64,000 nt of DNA, from positions 32,001 to 96,000 of IMG/VR virus record IMGVR_UViG_3300027971_000031, one strand, 5' to 3'. The translations under genes were made by a program, and so were the position numbers. Below the pieces are notes generated by a model that ran no database searches, was not told where the DNA came from, and saw nothing but the letters and a program-made list of their open reading frames with translations. Shown here one piece after another: positions 1 to 8,874 of the stretch. This DNA is from a virus. The first letter of the stretch is position 1. Every line of letters starts with the position of its first letter.

Positions 1-917
1 CTAAGTTCTGCCGCTTGTTCGTAGTTTTGTTTTTTAACTACTTCTAATTTTTGAACTTTAATTTCTGCGGCCCTTTTCTTCAACTCCTCAATTGCTTCAG
101 GAGTCTTTAACTCGGTCTGCATTCTTGCCCCAACCTCATCCAAGATGTCAAACGCTTTATCAGGGAACTCACGGTCCGTGATATAACGGTCTGCCAACTT
201 AACACAAGTCTCGATTACTTCATCGCTGTAATTCACCTTGTGGAAATCTTCGTATTTGTCACGAACATTCTTAAGGATTTGAATTGTTTCTTCAACTGAT
301 GATGGTTCAACAATTACCTTTTGGAAACGACGCTCCAATGCCCCATCTTTTTCAATGTTCTTACGGAACTCATCTAATGTAGTTGCTCCGATACATTGAA
401 CTTCCCCACGTGCCAATGCGGGTTTAAAGATGTTTGAACCGTCCATTGAACCTGAAGAGTTACCTGAACCAACCAAAGTGTGAATCTCATCGATGAATAC
501 GATGATGTTCGGGTTTGCTTGAAGTTCTTCGATAATCACCTTCATACGTTCCTCAAATTGTCCACGATACTTTGTACCGGCAACTACTGAAGTTAAGTCA
601 AGATTGACGATACGTTTGTCAACCAAATTACGAGGACAATCACCGTTTACGATTTTAATTGCCAATCCTTCAACTAATGCAGTTTTACCACAACCAGGTT
701 CTCCAAGGATAATCGGGTTATTTTTCTTTCTACGAGAAAGGATTTGAGCAATCCTCAAGATTTCTCTGTCACGACCAATAACGGGGTCAAGTTTACCTGC
801 TTCAGCTAGTTTCATTAAATCTCTACTGAAATTGTCTAACACGGGTGTGTTTGATTCTGCAGATGATTTAGTTTTTTTGTTCATCATTTTGTCGTCGTCG
901 TCCATTAAGTCGTTCAT
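1..917 (-). CDS. clpC: ClpC/ClpA-type AAA+ chaperone ATPase (3' part outside window; lacks N-terminal Clp repeat domain)
   Basis: Not in ORF track; read manually on minus strand from ATG at 917: MNDLMDDDD...TPVLDNFSRDL...GKLDPVIGRDREI...RRKKNNP..GEPGCGKT (Walker A)...AGTKYRGQFEER...FIDEIH (Walker B)...GATTLDE..ALERRFQ...FPDKAFD...VKKQNYEQAAEL (UVR/M domain). Confidence 0.93.
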   Translation of the reverse strand, partial: MNDLMDDDDKMMNKKTKSSAESNTPVLDNFSRDLMKLAEAGKLDPVIGRDREILRIAQILSRRKKNNPIILGEPGCGKTALVEGLAIKIVNGDCPRNLVDKRIVNLDLTSVVAGTKYRGQFEERMKVIIEELQANPNIIVFIDEIHTLVGSGNSSGSMDGSNIFKPALARGEVQCIGATTLDEFRKNIEKDGALERRFQKVIVEPSSVEETIQILKNVRDKYEDFHKVNYSDEVIETCVKLADRYITDREFPDKAFDILDEVGARMQTELKTPEAIEELKKRAAEIKVQKLEVVKKQNYEQAAEL

Positions 918-971
918 ATTTTTTAATTGTTTTACAAATTAACGTCAAATTTCATACACATCCAAATATTT

Positions 972-1036
972 TGACAAATTGTCATAATAATTTTTTTAAC
1001 CTGACATAATGTCATAGATTAATTGAAATTATGTCT
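972..1036. promoter_or_regulatory. Palindromic operator-like sites TGACA-N3-TGTCA (972-984, 1002-1014; degenerate copy 1024-1036)
   Basis: Two perfect inverted repeats 30 bp apart in the divergent clpC/UVR-gene intergenic region. Confidence 0.6.
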
Positions 1037-1069
1037 TATATTTATCATCGGTATGATACTTGACAATAA

Positions 1070-1101
1070 CAAAGATAATGAATAAATTTAAATAAAACAA
1101 A
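1070..1101 (-). promoter_or_regulatory. Bacteroidota-type housekeeping promoter (-33 TTTG / -7 TATCTTTG) driving clpC
   Basis: On minus strand: TTTG (1101-1098), 20-nt spacer, TATCTTTG (1077-1070), matching TTTG-N19-21-TAnnTTTG. Confidence 0.55.
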
Positions 1102-1106
1102 AAAAT

Positions 1107-1511
1107 ATGTTTAACAGAAGAAAATTTAACCTTAACATTGACGACCTAATGGCTCGTTACGACAAAATGATGGAAGATTTCAATAAACAGGATTGGGAAA
1201 CCAAAACTTTTGAATCTGCAGATGGAAATTACAAATACACCAGTTATGTAAAGGTGTTTGATTTATCTAACTTAGATGATGACAACTCAAAAAAAATGGA
1301 TAAAGAAGAATACCTTAAGATTAAACTTAACAGGGCAATTGAAATGGAAGATTTTGAAGAAGCCGTTAAGTTGAGAGACCAAATTAAAAATTTGGGCACC
1401 AATCAAGAAGAAATTGAAAAACTTGAATTGGAATTAAAACAATCAATTGAAAAACAAAACTTTGAAAAATCAATTGAGATTCGAGACCAATTAAGAAAAT
1501 TAAAGTCTTAA
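1107..1511 (+). CDS. Tandem UVR (UvrB/UvrC coiled-coil) domain protein, McsA/Clp adaptor-like
   Basis: Two motifs: LNRAIEMEDFEEAVKLRDQI and LKQSIEKQNFEKSIEIRDQL; divergent from clpC. Confidence 0.8.
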   Translation: MFNRRKFNLNIDDLMARYDKMMEDFNKQDWETKTFESADGNYKYTSYVKVFDLSNLDDDNSKKMDKEEYLKIKLNRAIEMEDFEEAVKLRDQIKNLGTNQEEIEKLELELKQSIEKQNFEKSIEIRDQLRKLKS

Positions 1512-1517
1512 CATAAT

Positions 1518-1543
1518 AACCCTCACCAAACAGTGGGGGTTTT
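1518..1543 (+). terminator. Rho-independent terminator
   Basis: Stem AACCCTCAC/GTGGGGGTT (one G-U pair) followed by a short T run, just after the UVR gene. Confidence 0.6.
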
Positions 1544-1544
1544 A

Positions 1545-1552
1545 TATTTATA
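1545..1552 (+). promoter_or_regulatory. Putative phage late promoter TATTTATA (representative copy)
   Basis: Same TATTTAT(A/T/C) motif upstream of ~18 genes on the sense strand; here 3 nt before ATG 1556. Confidence 0.65.
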
Positions 1553-1555
1553 AAC

Positions 1556-1888
1556 ATGAAACCATACGAAATATATTTGAATGAGTCGTTCACGTTGAAA
1601 AAAATACTTGAGACGTATCTTGAGTTACGACAACATTTTCAAGAGCTGGAACTTAGTGAAGACCAATTAGAAAAGCCACCAATACATACTCCAAATATGA
1701 TGAGATTATTTCACAAATTTGGTGATGAAAGGGACACTTTACTTAATGATGCCAAATCTTATGGTTTTGATATGAGTTTTGATGAGTTAACTGATTATCT
1801 AAAACCATTATTAAAAAAAATAAACGAATTAACACCACTTAAAGAAAATGGGAATAATAAAAGAAGAAATCGATGGGACGAAGATTAA
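1556..1888 (+). CDS. Hypothetical protein
   Basis: 110-aa ORF with upstream TATTTATA motif. Confidence 0.7.
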   Translation: MKPYEIYLNESFTLKKILETYLELRQHFQELELSEDQLEKPPIHTPNMMRLFHKFGDERDTLLNDAKSYGFDMSFDELTDYLKPLLKKINELTPLKENGNNKRRNRWDED

Positions 1889-2090
1889 AAATGTAATTAA
1901 ATCTTCAAATATTAAATCAACAGAATACGATACAGAATCAAAAGATTTGGTCGTAGAATTCAATAACGGAGCCAAATACAAGTACGACAACGTACCTCAC
2001 CAAGTATATACAAAGTTCAGATTGGCAGAATCACAAGGTAAATTTTTCACTACCGACATCGCAAAACAATATTCATATAAAAAAGTTTAA
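1848..2090 (+). CDS. KTSC domain protein
   Basis: SSNIKSTEYD...LVVEFNNGAKYKYDNVP..VY..F..AESQGKFF is the KTSC pattern. Confidence 0.85.
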   Translation: MGIIKEEIDGTKIKNVIKSSNIKSTEYDTESKDLVVEFNNGAKYKYDNVPHQVYTKFRLAESQGKFFTTDIAKQYSYKKV

Positions 2091-2111
2091 TTAGCGGACT
2101 ATTTATTAAGG

Positions 2112-2855
2112 ATGAACAATTTTCAAAAAATCCTTAATAGTTTTTCGGTTAAAGATACTTTAAATCCGAAAGTTTGGGAAAATCCAAAAAATCCTGACAA
2201 TGCGGTTATGATACCAAAGGTCAGAAAGGCTCTTATGCTCATCGCTGAAAAGTTTATTGATTATTTGGGTGATGAAGTTTTTGTTGAGGATATTCATCTT
2301 ACAGGTTCATTATCAAATTATAATTGGTCGGAATTTTCAGATTTTGATTTACACGTAATTGTTGATTTACAACAATATGAAAATCAATCGGAACTATATA
2401 AGGAATTATTCAATTTAAAAAAACAAGTGTTTAACGATAAACATGATATTCGAATATTTGGATATGATGTTGAACTTTATGCTCAAGATGCTGAAGAATC
2501 ACATTATAGCTCAGGAGTTTATTCAATTATGAATAATGAATGGATTTCAGAACCAAAAAAATTCAAAAATAATGTTGATAAAGAAGTCTTAACAAAAAAG
2601 ATTGAATGTTGGACAGAAAAGATTGATACCGCAATTGAAGAGGGTAAAGATTTGGAAAAAATCAAAGAAAAATTAAAAGAATATAGACAGTCAGGACTTG
2701 AAAAAGATGGTGAATTATCTTATGAAAATCTTGTCTTTAAATTCTTAAGAAGGTCGGGACATATTGAAAAATTGTTTGATACCGCAAATAAAGAAACTGA
2801 TAAAGAGTTGTCCGTTGAAAGAACAATTCAAGAATATTCAAATAATTCACATTAA
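2112..2855 (+). CDS. Pol-beta superfamily nucleotidyltransferase
   Basis: hG[S] and DxD signature (LTGSLSNYNWSEFSDFDLH) plus third acidic residue (VELY). Confidence 0.8.
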   Translation: MNNFQKILNSFSVKDTLNPKVWENPKNPDNAVMIPKVRKALMLIAEKFIDYLGDEVFVEDIHLTGSLSNYNWSEFSDFDLHVIVDLQQYENQSELYKELFNLKKQVFNDKHDIRIFGYDVELYAQDAEESHYSSGVYSIMNNEWISEPKKFKNNVDKEVLTKKIECWTEKIDTAIEEGKDLEKIKEKLKEYRQSGLEKDGELSYENLVFKFLRRSGHIEKLFDTANKETDKELSVERTIQEYSNNSH

Positions 2856-2880
2856 TCGTATATTTATTAAGAAAAATTAA

Positions 2881-5082
2881 ATGGCTTTATATATAACTAT
2901 ACTTGAAGTTGGCGGTAACGTTGTGGTATCGGGTAGCGGTACCGTAAATCTGACAGGATTATCGGCTCCAACTTCTGATGCATTTCCTGATGCAATTGAC
3001 CCATCAACAGCCAGATTAATCATTGCCGATGGTAACGGCTCATATCCTGTTGATGTATACACAGGTTTATCAGGAGTTACTTCATTTGGTAGCGGTACTC
3101 TTACTTTAGGTGACTCAGCGGGTGCTGGTTCAAATACTTTTGGTTTTGATGGTACAAATGGGATTTTATATGTACCATCGGGTTATGTGTCTAATAGTGG
3201 AATAAGTGGTTCAACACAATATGACTTAGGAACTTATTTAAGTTTAGGTGTTACTGTTGGTACATATGTTTTTACATTACCAAATGATATCATAACACTA
3301 CAAATCGGACCTACTCCAACACCTACTCCAACACCAACTGAAACACCTACAAATACTCCAACTAATACTGAAACTCCAACACCTACTGTAACTGAAACAC
3401 CTACAAATACTCCAACTAATACTGCAAGTGTAACTCCAACAGTTACTAATACACCGACAGTAACTAAAACTCCAACAGGAACACCTTTACCTCCAGCAGT
3501 ATTAAATTTTACAATACAAGAAGTAGGTTCTGATGTCGTTGTGTCAGGAAGTGGAAGTGTTAACACATCATTTTTAACGTTTCAATACACTCAATTTGAT
3601 AATGCCTTTATAGCCGAAAACACAGCAACATTACTTGTGGCGGATGGAGATTATGATGCATACTCTCAAATATCAGGCCCAAGAAGGTTTGGTCCTAACA
3701 GTAAGACTAATTTTGCCAATTCATTCAGTGGAGATGCGTTTGGATTTGAAGGTCAAAATGTTTCCAGGTTAGTTTATGTACCATCAGGATATACATCTAA
3801 TTCACCTTTAAATGGTGTATCAACATATAATAATAAAACAATATCAGCAGACTTTGGATTTTCTGCTGTAACGTATACTTGGACATATAGTGGAGGTTCA
3901 ATTAACTTAGATGTTATTTTACCACCAACTCCAACACCAACATCTACACCAACTCAAACTACAACACCTACAAATACACCAACTACTACGGCAACAAATA
4001 CACCAACTAATACTGCAACTCAAACTCAAACAAGTACACCTGCAGTAACTACAACGCCTACAAATACACCAACTACTACGGCAACAAATACACCAACTAA
4101 TACTACGACTCAAACTCAAACCCCAACTAATACTGCGACTCCTACTAATACCGCAAGTAGTGGAGGGGTAACTCCAACTAATACTGCAACCCCAACTAAT
4201 ACACCAACAGTAACTAAAACTCCAACTAATACCGCCACTCCTACTAATACTACAACTAATACCGCCACTCCTACCAACACTTCAACACAAACTCAAACTC
4301 CAACAAATACACCAACACCAAGTAATACACCTGGTGTATGTAAAACATATCAGTTATATGGCGGTTCTACTGACACAACATTTGTAGGTAAAAATTGTGA
4401 TGGATTCCCATTCCAAGTACGAGTTCAAGCATTTCAAACACTTACAACATGTGCAACGGAAGTAATTATAATTCAAGGAGATGGTTATTATGTTTCTATT
4501 GGTTCATGCCCATTACCAACACCAACACCAACAGTAACACCAACAAATACCGCAAGTAATACACCAACACCATCAGTAACAACAACTAAAACACCAACAC
4601 AAACAGGAACTGCTGCAGTCACCTCAACTCAAACTCCTACACAAACTCAAACTCCTACACAAACTCAAACAGGGACTGCGTCTGTAACGTCAACACCTAC
4701 ACCAACTAAAACACCGACACAAACAGGAACTCCAACAGGAACTGCATCGGTTACACCTACACCAACTAAAACACCGACCTCAACTCCAACTCAAACAGGA
4801 ACTGCATCGGTTACACCTACACCAACTAAAACTCCAACACCTACAGGAACTGCATCGGTTACACCTACACCAACACCAACATATTGGTTTACAGGATTTT
4901 CAGCTGACCAACAATATGAATATACTGTTGGGATGTTAGGTAACTTTAGTGGAGGTTCAATCAACGAGGGTGGACCTGCAAACGGAATTGCTCCTCACCC
5001 TATATTCTTAGGTAATGATGGAGTACCAGTACAACAATTAAACGGGATTACCATTGGAGGTTTCCAAGGATTAAATAACTAA
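2881..5082 (+). CDS. Thr/Pro-rich mucin-like modular protein (putative virion surface/fibre)
   Basis: Two homologous beta-rich domains (ILEVGGNVVVSGSGTVN / IQEVGSDVVVSGSGSVN) and a 4-Cys domain, separated by long TPT/TNT linkers. Confidence 0.75.
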   Translation: MALYITILEVGGNVVVSGSGTVNLTGLSAPTSDAFPDAIDPSTARLIIADGNGSYPVDVYTGLSGVTSFGSGTLTLGDSAGAGSNTFGFDGTNGILYVPSGYVSNSGISGSTQYDLGTYLSLGVTVGTYVFTLPNDIITLQIGPTPTPTPTPTETPTNTPTNTETPTPTVTETPTNTPTNTASVTPTVTNTPTVTKTPTGTPLPPAVLNFTIQEVGSDVVVSGSGSVNTSFLTFQYTQFDNAFIAENTATLLVADGDYDAYSQISGPRRFGPNSKTNFANSFSGDAFGFEGQNVSRLVYVPSGYTSNSPLNGVSTYNNKTISADFGFSAVTYTWTYSGGSINLDVILPPTPTPTSTPTQTTTPTNTPTTTATNTPTNTATQTQTSTPAVTTTPTNTPTTTATNTPTNTTTQTQTPTNTATPTNTASSGGVTPTNTATPTNTPTVTKTPTNTATPTNTTTNTATPTNTSTQTQTPTNTPTPSNTPGVCKTYQLYGGSTDTTFVGKNCDGFPFQVRVQAFQTLTTCATEVIIIQGDGYYVSIGSCPLPTPTPTVTPTNTASNTPTPSVTTTKTPTQTGTAAVTSTQTPTQTQTPTQTQTGTASVTSTPTPTKTPTQTGTPTGTASVTPTPTKTPTSTPTQTGTASVTPTPTKTPTPTGTASVTPTPTPTYWFTGFSADQQYEYTVGMLGNFSGGSINEGGPANGIAPHPIFLGNDGVPVQQLNGITIGGFQGLNN
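3958..4120 (+). repeat. Internal ~90-bp-period duplication in Thr/Pro linker
   Basis: actacaac(a/g)cctacaaatacaccaactactacggcaacaaatacaccaactaatact occurs twice, about 90 bp apart. Confidence 0.7.
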
Positions 5083-5101
5083 AAAATAAATAAAAACAAA
5101 T

Positions 5102-6403
5102 ATGTCAAACTTAAAACCAATTGGAAGTGAAAAACTTACAGGCCAAGACAAAATAAATAGAATTATGGAAATTGCTCGTTTTAACGAAGTGACTCCTAAG
5201 TCTATAAATGAAAATGCGACTTCAGAGTATTCAATTTCTCTTGCTGACGGAAATAATTATCAAATTGTTAGAGAAAGACAAGGGTATATTATCAAAAAAA
5301 CCATTTCAGAATCTGAAACGGATTATATTGAACCTATGAAAAATAGAAAATACTATTCTTCATATTCTCAAGCATTTAAAAGATTAAATCTTGTTGCTGG
5401 TGAATTAAATAGACTTAATGAAAACGAAGAAGGTGTTTCATTATATGGTGAACAAAAAAGGTTCACTTTAAAAACTCCAAAACCAGCGGCACCTGAAATG
5501 CCTGCAGGACCACCAGCAGAATTACCTGCAGCTCCCCCAGCGGTCCCAAGTCCTGAATTGCCACCATCACCAATGGGTGATATGGGTGGTGAAGATATGG
5601 GTATGGATGACATGCCTATGGATGATATGGATGACATGGGTGTTGAAGATATTGATGTTGACGTAGATGTTGATGCAGAAGAAGGTGGAAACGAAGACCA
5701 AGTAACATTTAAAACAATCCAAAAATTAACAGGAAAATTGACTCAAAAAATCAGAACTCTTGATACTGAACAAGGTATGACATCTGAAGATATTAAATAC
5801 GTTATCAACATGGTATTATCTTCACTTGATTTAACTTCATTATCTGAAGAAGATATGGAGGATATCATGAGTAAATTTGAAGAAGATGAGACTGAAGATT
5901 TTGGTCAAGAAGATGATATGGACGGTGAAGATATGACTGACGATAGTGAAGTTGAAGATATTCAAGCTGATATGGATGTACCTGTTGAAGGTTATGAAAT
6001 GGGTGAAGATTATGAAGATAGTCGTTATTCTGAAGATTATGATGAGGATTATGATTCAAAAAGAGTAAAAGGTTATTCAAACAACGGAGCAATCTTTGAT
6101 AGTATCTTTGGTGAATCACAAGTAGATAAAGTTATTTCAAAATACTTTGAAGTTTCTAAATCAGAAATTAGAGAACAAAAAGAAAAACAAGTACAAAAAC
6201 AAGTACAAAAAAGAACAATCGTGAAAACTATCATGGAATCAGTAACAAAAATGACTGAGACTATCGAACAAGAATTAGCGGCTGAAAAATTTGTAAAAGA
6301 AAATATTAATTCTAAATTTATTGGTGTTACTAATAAAAAGAATTTAGTATTTGAAACTAAATCAGGTCAAGTTAAAATCACACCAAACGGAGAAATTTTA
6401 TGA
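5102..6403 (+). CDS. Acidic low-complexity protein, putative prohead core/internal head protein
   Basis: 433 aa, Pro-rich and D/E/M-rich tracts, multiple (L/I)xE motifs, lies in head gene operon. Confidence 0.6.
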   Translation: MSNLKPIGSEKLTGQDKINRIMEIARFNEVTPKSINENATSEYSISLADGNNYQIVRERQGYIIKKTISESETDYIEPMKNRKYYSSYSQAFKRLNLVAGELNRLNENEEGVSLYGEQKRFTLKTPKPAAPEMPAGPPAELPAAPPAVPSPELPPSPMGDMGGEDMGMDDMPMDDMDDMGVEDIDVDVDVDAEEGGNEDQVTFKTIQKLTGKLTQKIRTLDTEQGMTSEDIKYVINMVLSSLDLTSLSEEDMEDIMSKFEEDETEDFGQEDDMDGEDMTDDSEVEDIQADMDVPVEGYEMGEDYEDSRYSEDYDEDYDSKRVKGYSNNGAIFDSIFGESQVDKVISKYFEVSKSEIREQKEKQVQKQVQKRTIVKTIMESVTKMTETIEQELAAEKFVKENINSKFIGVTNKKNLVFETKSGQVKITPNGEIL

Positions 6404-6795
6404 GTTATTTAACTTATGTTAATGGACTAGGTCCTAACTATAAGGGAGACAATTTGTATGAGTTTATTTTTTCAGATAGTTTGGATGTTTGGGGAGATTC
6501 ATGGGAAAGTAAACCCTCCAATGGATATCCAACACCACCTGAAATAAAATATATTAAGAAAGTAGGAGTTCTGAAAGATACTGATTTAAAATTGGAATTG
6601 ATTCAGAACTCCGATTTTTTTTGTATGATAGACGCGATAGATGATATTGTTGCATTAGCATGGGAAGCCGAAGAAACTGAAGGACAAAAAAGATTGGTTT
6701 TTAGATTTGGAAGTACCGAACAAGAAATAAAAGATAAACTCTACGAAAGAGATTTAATTTTAGAATTTGAAAAAAAAGTAGTATATGAAAACTAA
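6400..6795 (+). CDS. Hypothetical protein
   Basis: 131-aa ORF overlapping both neighbours, consistent with translational coupling. Confidence 0.75.
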   Translation: MSYLTYVNGLGPNYKGDNLYEFIFSDSLDVWGDSWESKPSNGYPTPPEIKYIKKVGVLKDTDLKLELIQNSDFFCMIDAIDDIVALAWEAEETEGQKRLVFRFGSTEQEIKDKLYERDLILEFEKKVVYEN

Positions 6796-7585
6796 TATAA
6801 AAGCACTCAAGTTGGTTGAAAAAGGATTATCATCCAATACAGTTAGTAAATTAACTGAATCACAAATTAATATTTTATACTCAAAATTATTGGGAGAACA
6901 AGTTCAAGAAATGCCAACTAAAAAAAGTTATCAAGTTGGGCCTGACGGTGGAAATTTGCCTGCAGCTCCAAAAGGATATAATGTAAAAAAAACTACAACA
7001 GGTGATGTTATCGCAACTCCAAATGAATCTGAATTGGAGGAAGATGCCGATTTAGATGATTCTGCAGAAAAAGAAGGTGGTTTTGACCCTTACGCAGGTA
7101 ATAGTGTTGGAAATGACGACGGACCATCTAGTGATGATGGATTTGGTGGTGGAGAAGATGGTATGGGTATGTTTGAAGAAAAAGACGGAGAACCAAATCC
7201 ATGGGCTATTTGTCACGCACAAGTTGGTCCAAGAAAATCAAGGAAATGGGAAAGATGTGTAATGTCAGTAAAAAAACAATTGAAGGAAGGAAAAAATCCC
7301 GTATCTTTGTTCTTAGAATCTCAAATAGAAAAAATAGTGGAAAGAAACATGCCTCCAAAAATCACTAAAGGTGATTTAATCAAGTACATTGTTGAAGCAA
7401 GTCCTGCACCTGCACCAACAACAAAACCAGCACCAACAAAACCTGGCACAAAACCAGGTAAAAGACCAAACCCTTTCAAAAATCCAAATCCTGGTGAAAA
7501 TCCCGCACCAAAAGCGAAAAAAGTTTCACCTGAAGACGCAAAAGAAAAAGTGATTGATGTAATAATGCAACTATTAGAAAAATAA
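6785..7585 (+). CDS. Hypothetical protein, putative internal head protein
   Basis: KLTESQI..L...LLGEQ and LFLESQI..IVE motifs; PWAIC...KWERCV module; PAPTKP tract. Confidence 0.65.
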   Translation: MKTNIKALKLVEKGLSSNTVSKLTESQINILYSKLLGEQVQEMPTKKSYQVGPDGGNLPAAPKGYNVKKTTTGDVIATPNESELEEDADLDDSAEKEGGFDPYAGNSVGNDDGPSSDDGFGGGEDGMGMFEEKDGEPNPWAICHAQVGPRKSRKWERCVMSVKKQLKEGKNPVSLFLESQIEKIVERNMPPKITKGDLIKYIVEASPAPAPTTKPAPTKPGTKPGKRPNPFKNPNPGENPAPKAKKVSPEDAKEKVIDVIMQLLEK

Positions 7586-7588
7586 TTT

Positions 7589-8869
7589 ATGGCAAGGAAA
7601 TTAAAAGAACAGATTGATTACGGGACAACTCCTGAAAGAATGGACCCAAATTTAGAAAGAAAATTATCTAGTCCTGATAGTCTTTACGCAACAAACCCAG
7701 CAATGAAAAAAGGTGCTGCGGATGTAGAAAGATTAGTTAGTAAAAGATTTCAAAAAGTTGCAGATAAATTACGTCAAGTAACAGGTATTGAAGATTTGAG
7801 TTCTAAACAAGTACAAGGAATGGTTTATCAAGAAATGATGAGAAAACTTCCTAATATCATGAGAATTGAGGCGGCTAACAGAGATGAGTTAATCGAATTG
7901 GCAAAAGAGGCGTCTTTAGATGATGCTGAAGTCCCTAAAGGAAGATACCAAATTGAAGCTAGTTTAGGTATGCCTGATACTGGTAATTTTAGAATGGAAC
8001 CTGAAGATGATGAAGACGAGGAAGAAGAAGGAGAGGAAAAATTACAATTTCCATCTTTTGACCTTGATGAATTAACTGATGAAGAAATTTTAGAATTAGA
8101 AAAACACAAAAGAAATATTATCAACGCACTTATTCAAGGAGCTGCCAAGAAAGGACATTACCTTTTTCAAAAACCTGAAATTAAATCAAGATTAGATGCT
8201 ATTGACCCATCTTTATATGGAGATTACTTAGGTATTATGGCAATCAATGATTTTTTATATTTTAGTATGGAACAGATGATTGAACAAATGAGTCAAACTG
8301 GTCAAGGTGTTGCAGGTAAAGTTGAATTAGATGATGCCGATGATGAAGGTGAGGAAGGTGAAGAACAACCTGATACTAAAATCATTGCAACAGGATTAAT
8401 TTTCCCAATTCTGTGTCATGAAATTATTAAAGGTTTAGAAGAAGCTAAAGGTAGAGCTGGTTTACCATCAGACCCTGGTATGAGAGAAAAAGTATTAGGT
8501 CAAACTGATGTATTATCAAACGAACCAATGCAATTACGTATCGGACCTGAAATTGTTGAAAAAATACGTTTCGCATTACCTGATGATGTTTTTGAACCTC
8601 AATATAAAGGATTAATAAATTTTTTTCATGTATTACTATATCAAATAGACGCTAAAGAATTCTTAGAAATTATTGGAAATGCCATCTCTGAAGATTCTTC
8701 TAAACTTGGTAAAGCTAAAAAACGATTTGAAGAAATTGTTAGAGAAGCCAAACAAATGCAAGAAGAATTTGAAAATTATAAGGAAGAAGAAGAAATTGAT
8801 TCTGATGAAGACGATGATGAAGGTTTAGATGATTTCTTGAGTGGTTTAGGCATAACAAGACCTAAATAA
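7589..8869 (+). CDS. Hypothetical protein upstream of terminase
   Basis: 426-aa ORF with acidic tracts and PILCHEIIKG motif. Confidence 0.75.
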   Translation: MARKLKEQIDYGTTPERMDPNLERKLSSPDSLYATNPAMKKGAADVERLVSKRFQKVADKLRQVTGIEDLSSKQVQGMVYQEMMRKLPNIMRIEAANRDELIELAKEASLDDAEVPKGRYQIEASLGMPDTGNFRMEPEDDEDEEEEGEEKLQFPSFDLDELTDEEILELEKHKRNIINALIQGAAKKGHYLFQKPEIKSRLDAIDPSLYGDYLGIMAINDFLYFSMEQMIEQMSQTGQGVAGKVELDDADDEGEEGEEQPDTKIIATGLIFPILCHEIIKGLEEAKGRAGLPSDPGMREKVLGQTDVLSNEPMQLRIGPEIVEKIRFALPDDVFEPQYKGLINFFHVLLYQIDAKEFLEIIGNAISEDSSKLGKAKKRFEEIVREAKQMQEEFENYKEEEEIDSDEDDDEGLDDFLSGLGITRPK

Positions 8870-8874
8870 AATGT

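Noticed and set aside
3234-4119. Antisense ORFs (Val/Gly-rich 3234-3566, Cys/Trp-rich 3919-4119; likewise 51473-51742 and 54944-55156)
   Set aside because: They are shadows of the ACN/CCN-rich Thr/Pro linkers on the opposite strand, with no independent start signals
7589-8869. Zinc metalloprotease call from HEIIK
   Set aside because: The second His of HExxH is missing, so a protease call is not supported
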